Positions 38,575 through 47,567 of a DNA stretch of 64,000 bases are shown here, in pieces. Under the pieces are notes generated by a model. It had not been told where the DNA came from and ran no database searches. It saw nothing but the letters and a program-made list of their open reading frames with translations. Source of the stretch: Raja brachyura. Taxonomy: Eukaryota. The position numbers and the translations under genes are program-made. The stretch spans positions 2,294,001 to 2,358,000 of the forward strand of contig OY740807.1 of the NCBI GenBank assembly GCA_963514005.1. Direction: 5' to 3'. The number at the start of each line of letters is the position of its first letter. Positions within the stretch are counted from its first letter, which is position 1.

Positions 38575-38856
38575 TAGCTATTTTAGGAGACACAGCATGG
38601 AAACTGGCCCTTCGGCCCACCGAGTCCACACTGACCATTATCACCCGTTCACACTAGTTCTATGATATCCCGCTTCTCACCCACTCCCCGTACACTCGGG
38701 GCAATTCACCGTCGGGCAATTAACCTCCAAACCCGCACGTCTTTGGGATGTGGGGGGAAACCGGAGCAATCGCAGGGAGTCACAGGGAGAACTTGCAAAC
38801 CCCACACAGACAGCACCCGAGGTCAGGCTCGAACCGGGGAATCTGGCGCAGTGAGG
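38575..38856 (-). mobile_element. tRNA-derived V-domain SINE in the J-C intron
   Basis: Reverse-strand head (ggttcgagcctgac), V-core and ggccgaagggcc tail. Confidence 0.7.
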
Positions 38857-39416
38857 CAACATATCTACCATTGAGCCAATGTGCCGCACCCACTTTAAGG
38901 AGTTATGGCGGGAAGTACCGGTACCGGAGAGGCCTCCGGATATCCAACACTCCCTGTCAAGTGACGCAAGGGGAGCGGCGGGAAGCAGCGCGGCTCCGCA
39001 AACTATTGAGAGGTGAAGAGACGAGGAAGCGACCGGTTCATCCCGGATTACACCCCGAGCCAACACGTCCTTTCCCGCTACACTCTCTAACCGACTTGCC
39101 CAACCCGCTGCACAGTATTCCCCTCAATGTCATTCATCAGAATGCCTGCAAATTGTCTTCCTTGTTTCCCCAACATTAACGCGTTTGATTGTCGCAAACT
39201 GCGACTTGTGTTAACGATGCAGGAATCCCCGCGGGCTAGCGTTCCCCGCAGGCGGGAATACTCTCCCGACCGCTGACGTACGGCGCGGACCCGATGGGCA
39301 GAATGGCCTCCCGCGCCGAGTAGAGGCAGAGCAAGTTTTTCCAGAGCGTTCCCGGACTGGGGAATGAGAACGACTGCAAAGGGGATTCATGGGAACAGAA
39401 CGAGGGAGTCACTTAC

Positions 39417-39776
39417 TAATTATATCCAGGATACCCCCAGGGCTGAAGATGTATCCCACGTTGTTTTCCCACACTGCACAGTAGTAGACGGCGGCGTCTC
39501 TGGGCTCCAGGGTGCCGATGGTCAGGATGTAGCTGTTGGCGGAGGTATCTCTGGACGGTTGGAACCGGTCTGTGATCCCACTGCCACGGAATATATCATT
39601 ATCCGTTTCATACTTTATCACCCACTCTGGTCTCTCCCCGGGACGCTGTCGATACCAATTTACACTGTAACTTGCAACATTTCCGTTCTGCATCCGACAC
39701 TCTAAGCGGACGGTTTGTGCCGCGGAGACAGGTCCGGACGTTGGGGTCTGATTCAGGACTGGGATCGCCAGGAGAC
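39417..39776 (-). CDS. IGLV: Ig light chain pre-joined V-J exon
   Basis: 360-nt phase1-phase1 exon (gaag|GT ... A|gtaagt): GLLAIPVLNQTP..VRLECRMQ..VNWYRQRPG..DRFQPSRD..YILTI..DAAVYYCAVWENNVGYIFSPGGILDII. Canonical Cys, Trp, DxAVYYC and FxxG, with no RSS between V and J. Confidence 0.95.
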
Positions 39777-40158
39777 CTTCAACAAAACACAATGAAAACC
39801 TTAATCAAAGCCTCAGAACTAATGGACATTCCTTCAGAATGAGATGATGAAGAGTTTCTTTAGTCCAAGGGAGGTGAATTAATTGCCACAGACGGCGGTT
39901 TAGGCCAAGCTAAGGCAGAGATAGATAGATCCGTGTTTCGTACGGGTGACAGGGGTTATGGGGAGAAGGCAGGAGAATGGGGTTAGGAGAAAGAGATAGA
40001 TCAGATAGAGATTGAATGGCCCATCACTTATGGACAGATGAAACGACTGGGTGATCTGGAGCCCACAGAAGGCTAGACACGCGTGGAGCACCGACGATGG
40101 TGGAGATTTTAACGAGCCTCGTTGCAGCTAATCAGTCGTGAACCAACCCGAGTCTCAC

Positions 40159-40207
40159 CTGCTGGGAGCAGCAGCAGAGGCCACAGGAGGTGCAGCGCTG
40201 GGGCCAT
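40159..40207 (-). CDS. Ig light chain leader exon
   Basis: ATG at 40207, MAPALHLLWPLLLLPA-G, 49 nt, donor G|gtgaga. Phase matches the VJ exon. Spliced total is 738 nt = 245 aa plus stop. Confidence 0.9.
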
Positions 40208-40293
40208 TCTTCCGGACAGGCGAACACCAAATCTTCAGACCCACTCGTGTTGTACTGCAAAGTCCGGGAGCCGCTCGGGGTCCAGTGTCTGGA

Positions 40294-40410
40294 AACCAGA
40301 GCCTCTGGTTGTCTTTATTAACCGGAATGTAATGAGTGGGAGGGGCCAGGAAACCTGTGTGGGCGGAGACCGATTTCCGGCGCTTTAGAATCTGCTGACG
40401 GCAAATTCAA
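40294..40410 (-). promoter_or_regulatory. Putative IgL promoter
   Basis: TTAATAAA at 40314-40321 (~107 bp above ATG), GC box 40361-40366, ETS-like CCGGAAAT 40373-40380, degenerate octamer ATTTGCCG 40399-40406. Confidence 0.5.
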
Positions 40411-40424
40411 TGTCGTTTAATTCT

Positions 40425-40965
40425 TATTGAAATTAATTTATTAGCCAAGTATGTAAACATACCAGGAATTTGATTTGCCAACAACCATTCAAAAAAACAA
40501 CAAGATACATAACCACATACAAATTACACATCGACTTAAACAGCCACCACAGCGGCGTGTGAGAATCCCCAGGGCCACAGCATAAGCGGAGACCCAAAGC
40601 CATCAGTTCAATGTCCGGGCCACACACGCGCTCCTTCACCGTGATGTGACCAGAGTTGTACCGACCGCAGTCACTCTCTCTGCAGTCCCTGTCCGCCCGA
40701 ACCGTCCCGTCCACACTCGCAGACTCCGGGATGTCCTCACGGAGCCATGTCCCTGCAAAACACCGAGCTCACTGAACTCACGGCATTGCCTACGAGTCCT
40801 CACCAGTGCAGGCAGCAAGTCCATCTTGTTTTTTCGGCGACCTCACATTCCCCACTGTGATGGAAGTCAAGTAACTTATCCCTAATTTCCTCCTTTTCTC
40901 CCAGCTCCACGGTGTTAAAGCCGTTGTGCAGACGAGATACGTTGAAGAAGTCGCATCTCCGTCGA
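40425..40965 (-). mobile_element. Internally deleted Rex/Babar- or L2-like LINE remnant
   Basis: APE-like remnants (SITVGNVRS, RADRD, CGPDIELMALGLR) joined directly to an AT-rich 3' end. Confidence 0.55.
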
Positions 40966-41029
40966 GGAAAGAGATAAAAAAAATAGTCCCCCCCCCCCAC
41001 ATAATACAAAATGTATGTACATTAAAAAT

Positions 41030-43282
41030 GTATGTACAGAGGAGATTTACTAGAATGTTGCCTGGGTTCCAGCAACTAAGTTACAGAGAAAGGTTGAACA
41101 AGTTAGGTCTTTATTCTTTGGAGCGCAGAAGGTTAAGGGAGGACTTGATTGAGGTCTTTAAAATGATGAAAGGGATCGACAGAGTTGACGTGCATAAGCT
41201 TTTCCCATTGAGGGTATGGAAGATTCAAACAAGAGGGCATGACATGAGAATTAAGGGACAGAAGTTTAGGGGTAACATGAGGGGGAACTTCTTTACCCAG
41301 AGAGTGGTGGCTGTGTGGAATGATCTTCCAGCAGAAGTGGTGGAGGCAGGATAGATTTTAACATTTAAAAGTAAAGTGGATAGGTATATGGACGGGAAGG
41401 GAATGGAGGGGTATGGTCTGAGTGCAGGTAGATGGGACTAGGGGAAAATAAATAGTCGGCACGGACTGGAATTCCTTAGAAATTTTTCAAAATTCCTTAG
41501 ATTCTGGAGTAGTTCCTGAGGATTAGAGGGTAGCTAATGTAATCCCACTTTTTAAAAAAGGAGGGAGAGAGAAAGCGGGGAATTACAGACCAGTTAGTCT
41601 AACATCGGTAGTGGGGAAACTGCTAGAGTCAGTTATTAAAGATGGGATAGCAGCGCATTTGGAAAGTGGTGAAATCATTGGACAAAGTCAGCATGGATTT
41701 ACGAAAGGTAAATCGTCTCACAAATCTGATATAATTTTTCGAGGATGTAACTAGTAGAGTGGATAAGGGAGAACCAGTGGATGTGTTATATCTAGACTTT
41801 CAGAAGGCTTTCGACAAGGTCCCGCATAAGAGATTAGCATATAAACTTAAAGCACACGGTATTGGGGGTTCAGTATTGAAATGGATAGAGAACTGGCTAG
41901 CAGACAGGAAGCAAAGGGTAGGAGTAAACGGGTCCTTTTCAGAATGGCAGGCAGTGACTAGTGGGGTACCGCAAGGCTCGGTGCTGGGACCCCAGCTATT
42001 TACAATATATATTAATGATTTGGACGAGGGGATTCAATGCAACATCTCCAAATTTGCAGATGACACCAAGCTGGGGGGTATAGTTAGGTGTGAGGAGGAT
42101 GCTTGGAGGCTGCAGGGTGATTTGGATAGGCTGAGTGAATGGGCAGATGCAGTATAATGTGGATAAATGTGAGTTTATCCACTTTGGTGGCAAAAACATG
42201 AGGGTAGACTATTATCTGAATGGTGGCAGATTAGGAAAAGGGGAGATGCAACGAGAACTGGGTGTCATGGTACACCAGTCATTGAAAGTAGGCATGCAGG
42301 TGCAGCAGGCAGTGAAGAAAGCAAATGGTATGTTAGCATTCATAGCGAAAGGATTGGAGTATAGGAGCAGGGAGCTTCTACTGCAGTTGTACAGGGTTTT
42401 GGTGAGGCCACACCTGGAGTATTGCATACAGTTTTGGTCTCCAAATCTGAGGAAAGACATTCTTGCCATAGAGGGGGTACATAGAAGATTCACCAGACTG
42501 ATTCCTGGGATGTCAGGACTTTCATATGAGGAAAGACTGGATAGACTCGGTTTGTACTCGCAGGAATTTAGACGATTGAGGGGGGATCTTATAGAAACGT
42601 ACAAAATTCTTAAGGGGGTGGACAAGCTAGATGCTGGAAGATTGTTCCCGATGTTGGGGGAGTCTTGAACAAGGGGTCACAGTCTAAGGATAAGGGGGAA
42701 TTCCTTTAGGACCGAGATGAGGAGAACATTCTTTACACAGAGAGTGGTGAGTCTCTGGAATTCTCTGCCACAGAAGGTAGTTGAGGCCAGTTGATTGGCT
42801 ATATTTAAGAGGGCGTTAGATGTGGCACTTGTGGCTAAAGGGATCAGGGGGTATGGAGAGAAGGCAGGTACGGGATACTGAGTTGAATGATAGCCATGAT
42901 CACATTGAATGGCGGTGCAGGCTCGAAGGGCCGAATGGCCTACTCCTGCACCTATTTTTCTATGTTTTTATGAGAAGGCCTGTTTCCGTGCTCTAATTGT
43001 TATATGATTATATGATTATAAAAACATACAAGTAAACACAAAAGAAAACAGCAACCTCTAGCCTGAAAATGTTTCATCTTTGGTTGGACATAGAACATAG
43101 TAAAGTGCAGCACAGAAACAGGCACTTCGGCCTGGATAGGTATATGGACGGGAAGGGAATGGATGGGTATGGTCTGAGTGCAGGTAGATGGGACTAGAGG
43201 AAAATAAATGGTCGGCACGGACTGGAAGGGCCGAGACGGCCTGTTTCCGTGCTGTAATTGTTATATGGTTATATGGTTATAT
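41030..43282 (+). mobile_element. Cluster of CR1 copies (41030-41470, 41475-42970, 43135-43282)
   Basis: RT ORFs 41759-42157 and 42135-42668; two different tail types. Confidence 0.9.
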
Positions 43283-44134
43283 GGCCCGCAATGCACAAGT
43301 CTCTTACCGCTAAATTTCTCATCCGCGATTAAATATAAACCAATCGTCAAATTCTGAATCTTCAACTACAGGTTTAATCTCCGGCTTCAGCTTCAGGCTG
43401 GTGAAGATTTTATTAACATCAGGGTAAACTGGTTTCAGACATTCGGATTGGCTATTGTGGCCTGAGCCGGCGGGCCATTCAGTCCATCGCTTCTATCCCA
43501 CCGGTCGATGAGATCAAAGTTGCTCCGCATCATATTGATCAACCCCGCGCAAACACTCTCCGCCCGCAGAGAAACTGTCTCATCAATGAACAGGTTCATA
43601 TCTGGGATTGGGAAAACCTTGCAGGAAACCAGACGCATCTGTACTTTGCCTGTTTAAATATAGAATAAAACTAATCCCCAAAATGCATAACACCCAATCG
43701 ACTGGCGACCTTTTCCCAAGAGCAGCCGGAACGCGAACCTGGAGAATCGCGATTCGCCTCAAACAGTTGGGTCAGGCTTTGCGCAAGCTAAGATTATTAG
43801 GACATTGAAGATACATCAGTACAGCACATGAACAGACCCTTCGGCCTGCCAGACCAGTCGCTAAGGCAAAAGCTCCTCTCCATGCACATAATCCATATCC
43901 CACATTTCCTCGGATATGCAAATGTCTCTTAAACGCCACTGTCTAAACCACCGCTCCCGGCAGCGTGGTCCAGGCATCCACCAACCTCTGTGTAAAACCC
44001 CTGCCCCACACATTTGATTCATACTTTGCCACTCTCACGTTTAAAACTGTACCCTCTAGTATTTGACTTGGGTACAATACAGTATAATACAGTATAATAC
44101 AGTATAATACAATTTGACTTGGGTACACTACCGT

Positions 44135-45015
44135 ATAATATTGATAAATGTGAGGTTATCCACTTTGGCGGCAAAAACAAGGGGGCATTTTATTATTATC
44201 TCACTGGGGTTAGGTTAGGTAAGGGGGAGGTACAGCGAGACCTGAGTGTCCTTGTACACCAGTCACTGAAAGTTGGCTTACAGATACAGCAGGCAGTGAA
44301 GAAAGCTAATGGAATGTTGGCCTTCATAACAAAAGGATTTCAGTATCGGAGTAAAGAGGTTCTTCTGCAACTGTATAGGGCTCTGGTGAGACCACATCTG
44401 GAGTATTGTGTTCAATTTCGGTCTCCTAATTTGAGGAAGGACGTCCTTGTGATTGAGGCAGTGCAGCGTAGGTCCACGAGATTGATCCCTGGGATGGCGG
44501 GACTGTCATAGAAACATAGAAAATAGGTGCAGGAGTAGGCCATTCGGCCCTTCGAGCCTGCACCGCATGAGGAAAGATTGAAAAGTATGAGGAAAGATTG
44601 AAAAGACCAGGCTTGTATTCACTGGATTAGAAGGATGAGGGGATATCTTATAGAAACATATAAAATTATAAAAGGACTGGACAAGCTAGATGCAGGAAAA
44701 ATGAATCCAGAACCAGGGGCCACAGTCTTGGAATAAAGGGTAGGTCATTTAAGACTGAGGTGAGAAAAAACGTTTTCACCCAGTCAGTCGTGAATTTATG
44801 GAATTCCCTGCCACTGAGGGAGTGGAGGCCAATTCACTGGATGGATTTAGAAGAGAGTCAGATAGAGCTCTATGGGCTAGTGGAATCAAGGGATATGGGG
44901 AGAAGGCAGGCACGGGTTATTGATAGGGGACGATCAGCCATGATCACAATGAATGGCGGTGATGGCTCGAAGGGCCGAATGGCCTCCTCCTGCACATATT
45001 TTCTATGTTTCTATG
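44135..45015 (+). mobile_element. CR1 3' fragment with a tiny antisense CR1-tail insertion at ~44508-44566
   Basis: [21 protein letters not shown] and tail. Confidence 0.85.
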
Positions 45016-45402
45016 TTTTATGTTCTGATTGTTGATCTTATTTGTGCCCCATAACTTTATATACGTCCATTAGGATTCCCCGCAACTCCCAGCGTTCCAG
45101 AGAATGCAACCATGTAGCTCAAATTTCTTACTGTAGTTGACAATCCAGGCATCGTCCTGTTGAATGTTTTTTGGAAGCTAATCCACACAGCCCCAGTACA
45201 TCACTGCAGGAGTTCTTGGTTAGTTGGTCCTCCAAAATATTCCAACTTGAATTTAAACTGGAGGTGGTGAAGGGAGGGGTTTAGCCAGAGAGGGTTATTG
45301 GGAAGAAAGTGCCACTTTAAATTTAGTTGCATCTGGCTGGGCAACCGTGGCTTGGTGGAGATTATTCCATGCTTTAATAGTGTGTGGCAAGAACTAATGT
45401 CT

Positions 45403-45960
45403 TTACACATCTGTTTTTGAGGCTGGGACCACAAATTGGATCGAATGCCCTCGTCTACTCCTAATTGGTTTGGGGTTGGTGTAGGTCTTGTGATCTATGT
45501 CTAGCTGACCATTTAACATTTTGTAAAAACAGGTCAAACGGTGAGCTTCACGTCTGTCTTGGAGAGGGTTCCAACCCAGAGAATTCAGAAGTTTGGTGAC
45601 ACTCACTTCTCTCTCGTCGGTGTTAGTAACAAATCGAGCGGCCTGTCTTTGGACACGTTCGATGGATGAAATGTTTTTATCTGTGTATGGGTCCCAAGCT
45701 GCAACTGCGTAGTCCAGATGAGGTCTAACGAGGGTGAAATATAGCTTCTCCTTGACAGAAGCTGAATAATGATGGAAGGTGCACCTCAGAAAGTTTAGGA
45801 CACCTGTTGCTTTCACTGTTACATGATGAGTCTGACCATTCCAACGTAGGTCATTCTGCAATTTGATGCCAAGATACTTCAAGGGTGCACCAAGTATGTT
45901 GTAAGATGTGACGCCAGGATTCCTCTTTCTGAATCCGTTCAATCCACATAGTTCCTCAAA
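45403..45960 (-). mobile_element. LINE RT C-terminal fragment of a different (CR1/L2-group, invertebrate-like) family
   Basis: KYLGIKLQNDLRWN..KATGVLNFLR..LYFTLVRPHLDYAVAAWDPY..IERVQRQAARFV..LNSLGW. Confidence 0.7.
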
Positions 45961-46964
45961 ATAGCGAGCAGAGCCCAACATCTACAGCACTTTCGCCATT
46001 CCCATCCCACCAGCCCATTCTGGGATCACATGGCAGTTGTATTCATTGTGCTTTCCATATCGAGTCGTAGTGCAGCGAAACCTTCGGCCCACCTTGTCAA
46101 CGCATGCCAGCGAGTCCCAGTGCATGCATTTAGCCCTCATCTTTCTAAATCCTTTCAATCCACATTGCTGTTCAAATACATATATTTTGAAAGTCATAAT
46201 TGTATCCGATTCTTCCCTTATAATGGAGTGTGGGGCAGGATCACAGAACAACCATTTACAGTTCATGTGCCATTAATCACCTCTTTGAACAAAGAGTCTG
46301 TCCTCCAAGCTGTGATACCCAATGACACAGCACTACAGAATCCACCGTCATCAACATCCAGAGTTGACCATTGGCCATAAATTAAACCGGATTAATTAAA
46401 TGAAGATGTGCAAATCATATTTCACACAGAGAGTGGTGGGTTTATGGAACGCGCTGCCAGAGGAGATAGTTGAGGCAGAACGAGAGTAGAATTTCAAATA
46501 TATTTGTACAGGTACATGGATAGGAAAGTTTCGGATAGATTTGGGCCCAACGCAGGTAGGTGGGACGAGTGGAGAAGGGGCATCGTGGTCGGCACAGCTA
46601 GGTCGAAGCGCCTGTTACTGTGCTGTGTGACTCAATGACTCTGTGACTAATGTTACCCGATCCCAGGGCCAAAGGCCTAGGGTGATATGGCGAGAGATTT
46701 GTTTCGGGTTAGGCCGAGGACGATCCAGGAATCAGCAGTGTGTTGGGATGCAACCACGTGGGTGAGGGGTCAACTCCACCGCGCTCCTGGACAACTTGGC
46801 CCCAACCTGACCAACGGGTTGGGTCTGCGCCACCAACGTGAGAATCCATTCCCTGCCCCACTCGCGTATGGGCATTCAGTGTGAGGCGTCACATCAGAAA
46901 TAAAGACATGGGTATGACAGTTCATTACTCTTCCCAGCAATCACCAGGCTCTTGGACACCCTGC

Positions 46965-47210
46965 CGCAGTGGAGCAGCGGGTAGAGCTGCTGTCTCACAG
47001 CGCCAGAGACCCAGGTTTCTGATCTCGGGTGCTGTCTGTGTGGAATTCATTCTCCCTCTGTCCGCGCTAGTTTTCTCCCGGTGTTCCAGTTTCCTCAAAC
47101 ATCCCCCCAAAAATGCTGGTCTTTAGATAATGCAAAGGTAGGATAACATGGAACATGTGTGTATGAGTGATCTTCGGTCAGCCTGTTTCCATATTGTACC
47201 TTTAAACTAC
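46965..47210 (+). mobile_element. tRNA-derived SINE
   Basis: gcagcgggtagagctgctgtctcacagcgccagagacccaggtt head plus V-core. Confidence 0.7.
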
Positions 47211-47567
47211 AAAGCGCACAACACAAACCACTACCGCAGCAACTGTGATATTCTCTGATTTTGGTTGCACAACGGGCTTCGGTTTTCTACTTTTGTGGTT
47301 ACCTTGTATAACTGATTACTAATTGATTGTATTATTGATTACTGTATATTTTCTCCGCGTTAATACGTCAATGGGTCTATCAAGGTATCAAAAGTGAGAA
47401 TATCAATGTTCCTTTCCCAGTGCATTTGACCATTAATCACTATTAGGGTACGGGGTTCCTCGCGCCTCAGCTCGCCCTTGTTCAACGTGAAGGTGGCTGA
47501 TCATTTACCCGAGTGCTACCCTCCCGCACGAAACCCAGAGCATCAATTCCCTTCACGTCCAACAATA

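Noticed and set aside
37514-40207. IgL as a processed retrocopy of a rearranged mRNA
   Set aside because: Both introns with canonical splice sites are present, and there is no poly(A) tract or TSD.
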